64,000 bases of DNA from Octopus vulgaris (GCA_951406725.2 OX597826.1:72106001-72170000); one strand, 5' to 3'. Counted from the stretch's first letter, positions 24,366 to 38,751 are shown. Program-made: numbers and translations. The notes: a model not told the origin generated them from the letters alone.

Positions 24366-24596
24366 AGTTAGACAGAGTTTAGTGATGCAGATTTTCTGTT
24401 GCGGGATGCCCTTCCTACAGCCAACCCACACCTGTTTCCAAGCAAGGTAATATTTTCTCATGACCCAGACATGTTCTTGCAGAATATTGGAATTCAATGA
24501 CATGGCTTGTATGGAAGTGACACTTATTTGCAACTTTAATGTGAAGTCAGGATGAGGAAACACAAACATATACGCATTCACACATGCATGCACGCA

Positions 24597-24634
<38 letters not shown>

Positions 24635-25289
24635 TACAAAGCGCTTCCTTCAGATTCCATCCATCAAATCCATTATCAAGGTTTTGGTCGACACGGGGCT
24701 ATAGCTGAAGATACTTACCCAAGGTACCACGCAGTGGGACTGAACCCAAAACCATGTGGATGGGAAGCAAATTTCTTAACCACACAGCCATACCTGTGCC
24801 TATATATCCTTGAGAAACAAGGGGGAACTCAATGAAAAAAATGGACAAAGTTTATCTTAATTCTCTCAATACAAGTGATAAGTGGCACAGTTAAAATACA
24901 TAAAACTTTACAAAAGTTCAGCACTTCACAGAAGTTTTTGCTGCCAAAGCATAAAATCCAATAGCCATGTTGGCTGGGTATGTGGGTATTTGAGGTGCAA
25001 ATGGGTGAAAAGATAAAAAAAATGTACAAATGGATAAAAAAAAAAAACAAAGATGTAGTTACAATGTTTCTTTTATCCTTTTAATGGTTTCAGTTATAGA
25101 ACTGCAGCCATGCTGGAGCACCACCTTAATTTATTTTCTTCCAGTTTTGTTGCCATTTTATGGTTGGATGTTGGTCTATGATTGAGTTTGTTGCATCTGA
25201 TCTTCCATAAGTGTATTCTTGAATGGTTGGCTGGTCTAATATCATGGTTAGGAGCTTATCTCAACAGTGTATCAGATAGAAGAACTGAC

Positions 25290-25980
<691 letters not shown>

Positions 25981-26089
25981 ATCCAATCAATAAATAAAAA
26001 GCCAGATGTAATGTGATAATTAGATACATAAATTCAATTAAGATAATGACAGTCTTATGTCTGTGGATATTGGTGAACCTCACCTACTA

Positions 26090-27000
26090 CTACGACGGCC
26101 ATCACCAACCCCACCACTCAACACCACCACAACTACCAACACTACCACTAGCACTATCACCACCACCACCACCACCACCACCACCACTACAACCACTACC
26201 ACCACTACTATTATCATCACCATTCTTACTGCCACCACCAGTACCACTACTACCATCACCACCACCACCACCACTACAACCACTACCACCACTACTATTA
26301 TTGGTAGACCTCACTGACACCACTACTGAAATTAATACTACCATAACTACCACCACCACAACCATAACCACCACCAACAGCACCACCACCACCACAACCA
26401 CCACCACAACCACAACCACCACCACAACCACCACCACAACCACCACCACAACCACCACCACAACCACCAGCACCAGCACCACCGCCACCACCACCACAAC
26501 CACCAGCACCACCACAACCACAACCACCACCACAACCACCAGCACCACCACAACCACCACCACAACCACCAGCACCAGCACCACCGCCACCACCACCACA
26601 ACCACCAGCACCACCACAACCACAACCACCACCACAACCACCAGCACCTCCACAACCACCACCACAACCACCAGCACCACTACCACCGCCACCACCACCA
26701 CAACCACCAGCACCACCACAACCACAACCACCACCACAACCACCAGCACCACCACAACCACCACCACAACCACCAGCACCACTACCACCACAACCACAAC
26801 CACCACCACCAGCACCACCACAACCACCACCACAACCACCAGCACCACTACCACCACAACCACAGCCACCATCACAACCACAGCCACCATGATAACCACC
26901 ACCACTACTACCACAACCACAACCCCCACCACCACTACAACCACAACCACTACCACCACCACTTCTGCTGCTCCCACCACTATTACTGCTGCTGCTGCCA
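26090..27000 (+). repeat. Cryptic (ACC/ACA)n trinucleotide array
   Basis: Direct inspection; source of the spurious Thr/Val-rich ORFs. Confidence 0.9.
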
Positions 27001-27674
27001 TATTATTATTATATAAAGCAGGTAGAACATTTGAACCTGATTTGGACCCTAAATGCTAAAGGGTTAAAGACTGTACTTACAGGGTTCCTTTTATTGCATT
27101 GCATTGGTGCTAAAGAGTTTGTTATGCCCTTGGCAGAACTAAAGACTCTCATCCACCCAATGTTGTCTCTGTTCATTTGCTAATCACTTTACAGAGTGCA
27201 CTGGGTGCGTTTTATTGTAGCATTTGTTCCAGATGGTTTGTCTTGTCAGCTGCAAAGAGTTTTAAAGAGTCTTCTCTGCTCAGTTTGTTGGCTCCATTTG
27301 TTCAAAGCAGACTTGACTGAGAAGTTCGATAAAAGGGGAAGTATGAATGTAATGGGTTAGATAGAGTGATACGAGAGAGAGGGTGGGGGAGAAAGACAGA
27401 GAGAGAGAGAAGAGAGAGACAGAGAGAGAGACAGAGAAGAGAGAGACAGAGAAGAGAGAGACAGAGAGAGACAGAGACAGAGACAGACAGACAGACAGAG
27501 TGGCTAGGGAGGGATTAATGGGAATGAGAAGGTGATAGGCAACTACATATTAGGAAGAGAGAGAGAGAGTAAGAGAGGGGGAGAGAAAGAGTGATGAAAG
27601 AAAGAGTAACAGAAGTGGGGAGATTGATACATGTCGATAAAGAGCCATAGTGAAGGGAGTAAGGGTGGGTGGGT

Positions 27675-27709
<35 letters not shown>

Positions 27710-28841
27710 GTGTTCTAGAATACCAATAAAAATAGGGGAAGATAGCGAACGGCAAGTGATGGATAGCAACAGAGATGAGCAAAGGTTAAAGAGAGGGATG
27801 CTGGTGTCAAGTAAGGATGAGGTAAAGGAGGGAAAAAATAATGGCAATCGTTGAAGAAGGGTGATGGATGGAGGTATTGAATAATATAGACAGTTTCAAT
27901 GCCATCCCTCATTACCCAGGCATTGTGACGGGGGGGGAAGGGGGAAGGGGATTAAGGATAACGGTGGGGGAGGGGATTGTATATTGACAAATGCAATGTC
28001 ATCCCTAATTAGACTGGTAATGGGGTACAGTGAAGAGGTGAGGGGTGGGTGAGAGATGAGAAAGTGATGAGGAAAGCAACAGAGGAAAACCCAACCAGAG
28101 TATAATGCAATGCAGGAGAAACCCAAATGCAGTTATCCCTAAGAGAAACTTCTTAGCATATTACCTGAATTTATTTCGCAGGTAACTTCAGCTGTTCATC
28201 TGCAACATGTGAGGTCTACGTTGTCAATTAACTTGCCTGTGATATTACTATACACATCTTAAGGTAATAAACAGGCAGGATCATGAGCAAGCTAAGCAAA
28301 AGGCTTAGTGGCGTTTCGTCTGTCTTCGTGTTCTGAGTTCAAATTCTGCTGAGGTCAACTTTGCCTTTCATCCTTTCGGGGTCGATAAGATAAGTACCAG
28401 TTTAATGTCCACCTTCCATGCTAGCATGGGTCGGATGGTTTCACAAGAGCCGGCCAAGCAGAAGCCTGCACCAGACTTCTGTGACTGTTTTGGCAGGATT
28501 TTTACAGTTGGATGCCCTTCTTAACATCAACCACTCAGTAGCATGGACTTAGTGCTTTTTATGTGGCACAAGCGCAGGTGAGGTCAGTTTTGGCATGGTT
28601 TTTACAGCTGGATGCCCTTCCAAACACCAACCACTTTACAGTGTAGACTGAGTGCTTTTAAGTGACACCTGCACTGACTGGGTCACCAAGTACTTACAAG
28701 ACAAAAAAGAAAAAAGAAAAAGGAACAGGGATCAGAATATAAATGTGATGGTTGACTAAAGGAAGAGAGAGATATAGATGGTGGCAAGTGCCGGGGCATA
28801 TCCTTGAGGTTCGAATGCCAAAATATAAGTGGTAGGATACA

Positions 28842-29200
28842 TTTCTACTCTAGGCCCGAAATTTTGGGAGAGGGAACCAGTCAATTAGATCGACCCCAGT
28901 ACACAATGAGTACTTAGTTTATCAACCCCAAAAGGATGAAAGGCAAAGTCGACCTTGGCAGAATTTGAACTCAGAACATAAAGACAGACAAAATACCTAT
29001 TTCTTTACTGCCCACAAGAGGCTAAACATAGAGTGGACAAACAAGGACAGACACACGGATTAAGTCGATTATATCGACCCCAGTGCATAACTGGTACCTT
29101 TTTAATCGACCTCGAAAGGATGAAAGGCAAAGTTGACCTCGGTGGAATTTGAACTCAGAATGTAAAAATGGATGAGGTACCACAAAGTATTTTGTTCAAG
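28842..29200 (-). mobile_element. Dimeric Nin/Deu-domain SINE (family B)
   Basis: Two tandem Nin cores joined at AAATACCTATTTCTTTACT. Confidence 0.8.
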
Positions 29201-29264
29201 TCTGGGACAACAGATGATAATTTAAAACTTCTTAATATATTGGAGAAAGGGTAAGTAACCAAGG

Positions 29265-29805
29265 AAGGTAATTGTCCTAGGGGGTTGTTATCGGGGGAAA
29301 ATGTCCAATGGGGTGGGGTAATTGTCCTAGGGGTTAGTTGTTGGTAAGGGAAATTGTCCGATTGAGGGGTATTTGTCCTAGGGGGTAGTTGTTGTCAGGG
29401 GAAATTGTCCGATGGTAGTGTAATTGTCCTAGGGGGTAGTTATTGGCAGAGGAAATTGTCCGATGGGAGTAATTGTCCTGGGGGAGTAGTTGTTGTCAGG
29501 GGAAATTGTCTGATGAGGGTAATTGTGTGAGGAGGTAATTGTTGTCGGGAAAATTGTCCAGTGGGTGGCAATTGTCCTAGGGGGTAACTGTATTAGTTGT
29601 TGTCAGGGGAAATTCTCCGATGGGGGTGTAATTGTCCTAGAGGGTAGTTGTTGTCAGGGGAAATTGTCCGATGGGAGTAATTGTGTGAGGGGGTAGTTGT
29701 TGTCGGGAGAAATTGTCCAGGGGGGGGGGCACTTGTCCTAGCGGGTAGCTGTGATAGTTGTTGTCAGAGGAAATTGTCCGAGGGGGGTGTAATTGTCCTG
29801 ATACT
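29265..29805 (+). repeat. G-rich minisatellite, about 48-50-bp unit (GGGTAATTGTCCTAGGGGGTAGTTGTTGTCAGGGGAAATTGTCCGATG)
   Basis: About 10 tandem units, each built from AATTGTCC subrepeats. Confidence 0.9.
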
Positions 29806-29992
29806 ATTTTGTTCAGTGTGCTAACAATTCTGCCAGCTTGCTACATTTTTCAGGGATCAATATAATAAATACCAATCAATTACTAAGATCAATATGATCA
29901 ATTGTATTCTCCTCCCAACTTTAACACTTTGGGAAATGTTGGAAATCAATATTGGTTTTAAATTTTGGCACAAGGTCAGCAATTCTATATTA

Positions 29993-30480
29993 ATAATGAA
30001 ATTATTGTATACAGTGCTTAGGTGCACCACAACTTGTTAAAAGTGCATATAAAGCATTTTCAGTAATGTACAAATGTCTGGGAAGTGAACAGTGTATGAG
30101 TCAGATACATGCTTGCGTGTGTATGGAGGGGAGAAAATCAGGTGTAGTTTTGGCGAATCTCAGGAAGCTCCGACAACTAACAACTGATGCCGACAGTTTG
30201 TTCTATACTTCAGCAACTCTTAGCGTGGAAAAATTTTTCTGAAAGTCATGGGAGCTGTGCTGTTTTCTGACTTTGTAAACATGTCCACGGGTGTTAGACA
30301 GGTGGAGTTTGAAAAGGTGCTCAGAGTTATTGTTTGTAAGATGGTTAATAATTTTATGGGTATCTGCCAAGTCAGCTGCCAGACGTCGGAGTTTCAATGT
30401 ATCCATGCCCAGGGAAGTAAGGCGTTCAGAATATGGCAAATGCCTGATGGAGGGTATTCTCTTGGTTGCATGTCGCTGGA
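29993..30480 (-). mobile_element. CR1-clade LINE 3' end
   Basis: QRHATKRIPSIRHLPYSERL..L...LKLRR...DL...HKII...TRGH..K...LRV matches the CR1 ORF2 C-terminal motifs; short UTR. Confidence 0.9.
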
Positions 30481-30719
30481 GAGGCCAGCAATTCTAAGAG
30501 AGAATTAAGTCAATGTAATTGACTTAACTTTCTCCCAGAAATGCTGACCTTGTACCAAAATTTAAAACCAATATTGGTTTCCAACATTTCCCAAAGTACT
30601 GGCATCAGCCACGACAATGATTTCACTTGACTCAACGGGTCTTCTCAAGCGTTGTTTATCCATTAATAAAATAGATACCCTGGGGCTCAACTGGACTTAT
30701 TTTATTAATTAATAAACTA

Positions 30720-31125
30720 CGCTTGAGAAGACCCGTTGAGTCAAGGGAAATCATTGTCATGGCCGATACCAGTGCCACATGACTGGCATCCATGCCAGTG
30801 GCATGTAAAATACATCATACAAACATGGTCGATACCAGTGCCACCTGACTGGCTCCTGTGCCAGTGGTATGTAAAAAGCACCATTTGAGTGTGGTCGATG
30901 CCAGTGCTGCCTAACTGGCCCTTATACTGGTAGCATGTAAAAAACACCCACTACACTCTCGGAGTGGTTGGTGTTAGAAAGGGCATCCAGCTGTAGAGAC
31001 CTTGCCAGATCAGACTGGAGCCTGGTGCAGCCTTCTGATTTGCAAGTCCTCAGCCAAACTGTCCAACTTATACCAGAATGGAAAGCAAGTGTTAAACGAT
31101 GGTGATGATGATGATGATAATGATG
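30720..31125 (+). mobile_element. RTE 3' UTR fragment with an inverted 5' duplication (30597-30673)
   Basis: Family subrepeats and (GAT)n tail. Confidence 0.8.
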
Positions 31126-31252
31126 ATCTCAGTGGAATTTGAACTCAAAATGTAAAGATGGACAAAATGCCGCTTAACATTTTGTTTGGCATGCTAACGA
31201 TGCTGCTTGCCTTTATATGTTAGAAATCAATATCAAAAAGCAAGTGAAAATG

Positions 31253-31462
31253 GCAAGCTGGTGGAATCATTAGCATGCCAGGCAAAATGCTTAGTGGCAT
31301 TCCATCCCTCTTTACGTTCTGAGTTCAAATTCTGCCAAGGTCGACCTTGCCTTTTATCCTTTCAGGGTCGAGAAAATAAGTCTCAGTAGAACATTTGGGT
31401 CGATGCAATCAACTTAACTCCTCCTCTGAAATTGCTGGCCTTGTGCCAAAATCTGAAGCTAA
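31253..31462 (+). mobile_element. Nin/Deu-domain SINE (family B)
   Basis: GGCAAGCTGGTGGAATC head, GAGTTCAAATTC B-box, Nin-like core. Confidence 0.75.
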
Positions 31463-31488
31463 TATTAAAAAGCAAGTATATGCCAATA

Positions 31489-31705
31489 TGAGGGCATGCT
31501 GACAAGTTCCTGGCTTTGGGTAAAAGAAAATACAGAAGGATCAGATAATTATGATTTTATTCAACATGTTCCCCTCTCAGATTCACACACTTATTGCAGA
31601 GGTCATTCAGTTCTTCTAAGACCCTGTAAAAGAACTTGGAAAATGGGCCTCCAGCCAGGCCTTTTGCAATACCCTTAAAGCCAGGAACTTTTCAGCACCC
31701 CCTCA
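31489..31705 (-). mobile_element. Mariner deletion derivative (MITE) retaining the transposase C-terminus
   Basis: About 29-bp TIRs TGAGGG(CA/GG)TGCTGA(C/A)AAGTTCCTGGCTTT; TA on both sides; minus-strand FFYRVLEELNDLCNKCVNLRGEHVE* resembles a mariner transposase end. Confidence 0.85.
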
Positions 31706-32585
31706 TATACCCAAGAAATACTGATCTTCTACAACACTTGTACATGTGACCAACAATGGAATAATGTTCCACATCTGGAATTGTGCTGCCACTGCACAGA
31801 CAGACATGATTTTAACTCTTTGTTTCCATGTCTGCAATTTCCTTAAATCTTCTGTGGTGTTTGTGGTGTTATGGGCTGTGATGAACTATGTGATGTTGGT
31901 GGAGAGGATTGCAGATGAAGTAAACAGAAGTGGACACTGCAGGGGCATGCATGGGCAAAAAGCACGTGGGGCAGTTCAATGAGAGACAGTGAGTGTGAAG
32001 GATGTGTTTTTTCTTGACAGTGATCGCTCATCCTGCCTCGGTCAACAGGTAAGGTCTCTGTATTTCTTTCTCCCTTTTGCTTCTTTTCTGTTGTCTTTTC
32101 CCTCCATCATACTACATCTTCAACTGACTATATCTGGCCAAAATATTCTGTTTGTTTTATGTTCAAATTGGCTTCTCACACCTATCCTACAATGTCAGTC
32201 CGAAAATAAACAATCCCATCTTTGAAATCTCAAAGCTATTATATAATGCATGATTAACTCAAAGCAATATGAATAAATAAGCATTACATTTGACAAAATA
32301 ATCTGAATGCTGAAGGGCTAAGCTCCATCCAGAGAACAGTAACTCACTCAAGTGACTAAATCACTCACAGACACATTTCAGCTTATTGTCCATAGATGTG
32401 ATGCATTCTCTCTCAGATTTTTCTAGCGCAACAAGAATGACCTCCTTCCCTTGAAGTTGACTGATATCATGTCACCTACTCTCAGTCACTCCCAGTAAAC
32501 TCACCCATTAATCCTCTTCTCATCATCCTTTTTGTCTATTCCCCACTCTAGGCTCTGTACAAACCTCTGATCAAACCTCTACACC

Positions 32586-33234
32586 TGTAGTCCTCAACTG
32601 GAATCTATATGGTCTTTGAGTGTCCAAATAAGATTTTCTTGTTAAAATTTATGTGCAATAAATTACTCTTTTACTTGTTTCAATCATTTGACTGTGGCCA
32701 TGCTGGCGCACCGCCTTGAGTCGAGCAAATCGACCCAGGACTTATTCTTTGTAAGCCTAGTACTTATTTTATCTGTCCCTTTTGCCAAACCGCTAAGTTA
32801 CAGGAATGTAAACTCACCAGCATCGGTTGTCAACTGATGTTGGGGAGACAAACACAGACACACAAACATATACACACACACACATATATATATATACATA
32901 TATACGATGGGCTTCTTTCAGTTTCTGTCTACCAAATCCACTCACAAGGCTTTGGTCAGCCCGAGGCTATAATAGAAGATACTTGTCCAAGGTGCCATGC
33001 AGTGGGACTGAACCAAGAACCATGTGGTTTGTAAGCAAGCTATTTACCACACAGCCACTCCTACGCCTAATAAATTGGTTATACTTCTACAATACACAAA
33101 ATATTTTAACAATTCTCTTATACAATTCCCAATAATATTTAATTATAAAAATGTAATTGGATTTTTTAAACATCAAAATGGTTATGAGAATCCAATGAAG
33201 AGGGTCCTTAAGAAGAAATAGTTGAGAACCACTA
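32586..33234. mobile_element. Old hAT-like element interrupted by a family A SINE (32665-33067, minus)
   Basis: Decayed TIRs CTGTAGTCCTCAAC...GTTGAGAACCACTA; related sequence at 49325-49412. Confidence 0.55.
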
Positions 33235-33321
33235 CGCATGAACCTCTGTCTATTCTTTTCTTTCTTGAGCATCATCTTCCTGGAATTCCCTCGCTGTTCA
33301 TGTCTTTCCTGCAGGGGTCAA

Positions 33322-33503
33322 ATTTTTCGTCTGCCATTACGTTCTGAGTTCAAATTCCACCAAGGTCAACTTTGCTTTCATCCTTTCGGGGTCGATAAAT
33401 TAAGTACCAGTTATGCACTGGGGTCGATATAATTGACTAAATCCGTTTGTCTGTCCTTGTTTGTCCCCTCTGTGTTTGGCCCCTTGCGGGCAGTAAAGAA
33501 ATA
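33322..33503 (+). mobile_element. Nin/Deu-domain SINE (family B)
   Basis: Nin core plus tail A (GTCTGTCCTTGTTTGTCCCCTC...AAAGAAATA). Confidence 0.8.
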
Positions 33504-33659
33504 ACAATTTAATCTGAACATAATGGCATCAATCTCAGCAAATGGCATCAACAAGTCTCAGCAAGGCTTACAAAGGTTATGGGCCATGTCCCCTTTTTTC
33601 CAGAACTAGCAAGTAAAAACAAAACAAAAACAAAGTAAAAAAAAAGAAAGAACATATAA

Positions 33660-34188
33660 CTCCCACCACCACCACCACAATCACCACCACCACCACAATC
33701 ACCACCACCATCTCTATCACCACCACCATCACCACTACCACCACAATCACCACCACCACCACCACTACCACCACCACCACCACCACTACCACCACCACCA
33801 CCACCAACACCACCACCACTACCACCACCACCACCACCAACACCACCACCACCACCATCGCAATGCACAAAACACAAACAAGCAGTTATTAAGAAATTTA
33901 CTAAGAATTGACTTTTTTTGCTGCTAAATAGTTACCAAGTCTGCGGAAGACCAACATCCAATGTTTGGTTCCATTAAAGATTAAAAGGTTATTAATTAAA
34001 TAATTCTGCATTTTATGGAACGAAACTGCAAAGAATTCTTGCTTCCTCAACAGAGATCTATGGACATTGCAGTTATTCCGTATCCCACGTCCCCCACCCA
34101 CCTCCCTTCCCGTGGACATTTCCATCATCAGCAGAACAGCAATAACAGTGCTGCACACCATTGACTGTAGTAGTAGTGGTAGTAGTGA

Positions 34189-34239
<51 letters not shown>

Positions 34240-34304
34240 CGGTGGTGGTGGTGGTGATGGTGGTGGTGGTGGTAGTAGTTGTGGTGGTAGTAGTGGTGGT
34301 GGTG

Positions 34305-34377
<73 letters not shown>

Positions 34378-34410
34378 CGGTGGTGGTGGTGGTGGTGGTG
34401 GTGGTAATAA

Positions 34411-34454
<44 letters not shown>

Positions 34455-34460
34455 ACAGCA
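33660..34460. repeat. (CCA)n and (AGT)n/(GGT)n microsatellite blocks
   Basis: Direct inspection. Confidence 0.85.
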
Positions 34461-35104
34461 ACATCGCCAGAGATTTCTGTATTGAAACCAAAGATCTCTC
34501 AATAGAGGCAACTGCACTATTCCAATATCTCTGCTGGTTTTACCATTCTAATAATCACTTTCCTCCTTCCTCCACGATTCTCATACATGCTTTGGTTCCC
34601 TCTCAGCGACCTCACTCTCTCTCCTGTTCACTTTCTTCCTCCCACAACTCCTCCCATACTTTTTCTCCTCTTCCCTTTCCTCCTCCTCCTCCACTGCCAC
34701 TCGCTTTCTACTCTCCACTCCCACTCTCACACTGGTCATTATCTCTCCACCACACACCCCTACTTTCATACTCGCTTTCCTCTCCCTGCCACCTCTCTCC
34801 TATATCGATCTTCAGCTGCTTCTTCAGAGATATTTTATTGTCTACAAACACAATTTCTCATGCAAATTACTCCTGGCTGTCTGCCAAACAAGTAAAAAAA
34901 AAAATGATCTTCTTCAGAGATCTTTCAATTCCAAAATATTTCCTATAATGCTTCCCATCATGCAAAGTTCTTCTATTTTCAAATACTTCCCATCATGCAT
35001 TGTTCCAAAGTCACAAAATGTCTAATAAGCTTTTACTTTGTAAACATTAGCAGACATTTCATTTCACCAGAAGATTTATGCCCAGCATCCATTCCAACAC
35101 ACAT

Positions 35105-35144
<40 letters not shown>

Positions 35145-35546
35145 AAAAGCCCCATGATAGGGTCACTTACATATCTTTCTCAAAATATTTTGTCATTATA
35201 ATTCCCAGCACTCCTTGAAGATTCTTAATTCTTTAAATTCTTTGCATTCTGCCAACCCCACCCAAATCTCATTCCTTTGATAGCTACCCCTACCATCATC
35301 TTTCTGCTCTTTCCCCACTCTTTGTGTGTGTGTATCTATATTATTCAGTATATCTTTTTCAACAAAAACTGATTGCCTTGTCAAGATGGTGTTTGATGAG
35401 TATTTCACAGAATTCCTTTGTGACTGCAAGATCCAATTTTTGGACTGCTTTCTAGGATCTGGTCAAAGTGTTCTCCCAAACATTCAACTGATTTTTCAAA
35501 CATAATGTATCACCTGAGAAAGTCATAGAGCATCCACCTCCATTAA

Positions 35547-36615
35547 CTCTTTGGCATTTAAGCCAGCTATATTTGGTCAGAATGTTCCACTTGTTTTAGA
35601 TTCTAACTGGCCAGGTCCAGCCTCTCATACTTACCATGCAATGTCATTCTAGAAATACAGTAATCCCTCATCTATTGCAGATGTTACGTTCCAAAACTGC
35701 CCCGCAATATGGCGAAAATCCACGAAGTGGAAACTGTACTGTACTCTCTTTTACTCTTTTACTTGTTTCAGTCATTTGACTGTGGCCATGCTGGAGTACC
35801 GCCTTTAGTCGAGCAAATTGACCCCAGGACTTATTCTTTGTATGCCTAGTACTTATTCTATCGGCCTCTTTTGCCAGACCGCTAAGTTACAGGGATGTAA
35901 ACACACTAGCATCGGTTGTCAAGTGATGTTGGGGGGACAAACACAGATGCACAAACATATACACACACACACACTTACACACACACACATATATACATAT
36001 ACAATGGGCTTCTTTCAGTTTCCGTCTACCAAATCCACTCACAAGGCTTTGGTCAGCCCGAGGCTATAGTAAAAGACACTTGCCCAAGGTGCAATGCAGT
36101 GGGACTGAACCTGGAACCATGTGGTTGGTAAACAAGCTACTTACCACACAACCACTCATATATTTTTTTTAATTATTTTTATAATATATATATATTTATT
36201 TTATTATAAATGCAAAACAACACCACAGAGGAATCAACATAAGCTTAAATAATAAACCATGATAGTTGAACCATGAAATAGCAAGGAATTACTGTATACA
36301 ATCACATCATTGAAATCTCGAAGCTACAAGATAATGCATGATCAATACAAAGTAATATGAATAAATAAGCCTTACATTTGACAGAGTAATTTGAATGTTG
36401 AAGGGTTAAACTGGTTATATCTGGCCAAAATATTCTATTTGTTTTATGTTCAAACCGGCCTGATCTGGCCTCTCACACAATACCCTACAATGTCATTCCA
36501 AAAATAAATGATCACATCATCAAAATCTCAAAGCTACGAGATAATTCATGATTAATTCAAAACAATGTGAATAAATAAGAATTAAATTTGACTGAGTAAT
36601 ATGAATGCTTAAGGG
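35547..36615. mobile_element. piggyBac-like MITE plus a tandem partial copy, hosting nested elements
   Basis: TTAA-C(T)CTTT...AAGGG-TTAA ends; homologous to 62133-62353. Confidence 0.75.
35658..36294. mobile_element. Tigger/pogo-like MITE containing a family A SINE (35744-36157, minus)
   Basis: TA|CAGTAATCCCTC...AAGGAATTACTG|TA termini. Confidence 0.8.
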
Positions 36616-36814
36616 TTAAAAAGGATAAAACATCCTTCCCAAGCCCTATGGACTTATAAGTGCCAGTTTCCTGGTTTCTGTAGTGCATATATATTTGCCT
36701 CCTGCATGGGAAGCCGGTCTAATGCAGGGTTACTCAATTTTGCCAACTGAGTGAACTAGAGTGACATGAAATGAAGTGTTTTGCTCAAGAGTACAATGCA
36801 TCACCCAGAAAACT

Positions 36815-37190
36815 GTGCAAGGTGGCACATAAAAAGCACCATTCAAGTGTGGTCATTGCCAGTCCCTCTGGAGTGGCTACCATGCTGGTGGAACATAAAA
36901 AGCACCATACAAGCATGGTCGATACCAGTACTGCATGACTGTCTCCCATGCTGGTGGCATGTATGAAGCACCATTCGAGCGTGGTCAATGCCAGTACCGC
37001 CTGACTGGCCCTCATGCCTGTGACACATAAAAGCACCCACTACACTCTCAGAGTGGTTGGCATTAGGAAGGGCATCCAGCTGTAGAAACTCTGCCAGATC
37101 AGATTGGAGACAGTGCAGCCTTCTGGCTTGCCAGTCCCCAGTCAAACCGTCCAACCCATGCCAGCATGGAAAGCAGATGTCAAATGATGA
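36815..37190 (+). mobile_element. RTE 3' UTR fragment
   Basis: Four to five GTGGCAC-AAAAGCACC subrepeats and the family tail. Confidence 0.82.
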
Positions 37191-37319
37191 GGAGGAGGAG
37201 GAGGGGATGAAGAGGAGGGGGCGGAGGAGGAGAGGAGGAGGATGGGTGGAGGAGGATGTTTATGGGGAAGGAGGGAGGGAGGAGGGAGTGAGTGAGGAGG
37301 AGGAGGAGGAGGTTATGTT

Positions 37320-37720
37320 TGCACTCTTCTATATGAATGTGAAACATGGACCACATACAGTCAACACACTTAAAACTCTGGAGGCTTTTAATATCCAGTG
37401 TCTGCAAGAAGATCCTCTCAGTCACCTGGTTGGTCAAATAGGATTACACACCAAGAAATCTTTCACCAGACCAACGTCTGTGGCATTGAATCCACACCAG
37501 AAGAACTGATGTAGCTCAGACATGATCGTTCATGCTTCTCCCATGGCTCTCCCATAAAAACATGTACAGCCAATTACCTAATGGTTTAATACCTGACTGG
37601 GAAACCAAATAAACCACTTTAGAAAACCACTTTAAAGAATAACAACCTTAATTCCTCAAAAGTGGAAGACATCACTAGCCATCATTGAAACTTCAGCAGT
37701 TTCGTTGCTGAAGAGAAAAT
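37320..37720 (+). mobile_element. Decayed RTE-BovB-like LINE fragment
   Basis: Frameshifted LLYECETWTTY...LEAFNIQCL..IL..TW motif. Confidence 0.7.
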
Positions 37721-37766
37721 GGTCGTCATCATCATCGTAGTCATAATGAATCTGTCAGTTCATCAC

Positions 37767-37767
<1 letters not shown>

Positions 37768-37838
<71 letters not shown>

Positions 37839-37848
37839 GGTGGTGGTG

Positions 37849-37909
<61 letters not shown>

Positions 37910-37910
37910 T

Positions 37911-37942
<32 letters not shown>

Positions 37943-38112
37943 TAGTAGTAGTAGCAGCAGCAGCAGCAGTGGTAGTGGTGGTGGTGGTGGTAGTAGTAGT
38001 AGTGGTGGTGGTGGTGGTGGTGGTGGTGGTGATGGTGGTGGTGGTGGTGGTGGTGGTAGTAGTAGAAGTTGTAATGGTGGTGGTGGTGGTGGTAGTAGTA
38101 GTAGTAGTAGTC
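37768..38112 (+). repeat. (AGT/GGT/AGC)n microsatellite
   Basis: Direct inspection. Confidence 0.9.
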
Positions 38113-38518
38113 AAAAGGAAAGCAGTGAGCTGGTAGAATTGTTATCAGGTCGGACTGCTTAGTGGTGCTTCTTCTGACTCATCCAAATCTGGTTTCAAAT
38201 TCTGCTAAGTTCGACTTTGCCTCTCATTTTTTTTGTTTTATTTAGGTTAATGTAATCTACTAAAATCGTCCACCTAAAATTTCAGGCCTTGTGCCTATAG
38301 TAGAAAGGATTATTGTTGTTGCTGCTGTTGTTGTGTGTGAGGAATCACACACGAATCACTGAAATACAGCAGAGTCGGTGTCCAGTATGTTGCGGTCTAG
38401 GCCAGAAGGTGAACTGATGGCCAAGGCCAGAGGGGGAAATACGGGGCTACAATAAACTCAGGAAGAGATCAGCAGGGTTGTGTAAGAGTGGAAAAGAAGT
38501 GAGATAAAAATTGTGCCC

Positions 38519-38519
<1 letters not shown>

Positions 38520-38561
<42 letters not shown>

Positions 38562-38654
38562 CCACCACCACCACCACCACCACCACCACCACCACCATCA
38601 TCACCATTGTCGTCATTGTCATCATCATCGTCGTCATCATCCTCATCATCATCC

Positions 38655-38751
<97 letters not shown>

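Noticed and set aside
26013-27059. 348-aa Thr/Pro-rich mucin-like ORF
   Set aside because: It is an (ACC)n-type microsatellite open on both strands, with no domain or splice support.
33901-34948. Ser/Gly- and Leu/Pro-rich ORFs
   Set aside because: They are simple trinucleotide repeats plus a pyrimidine tract.
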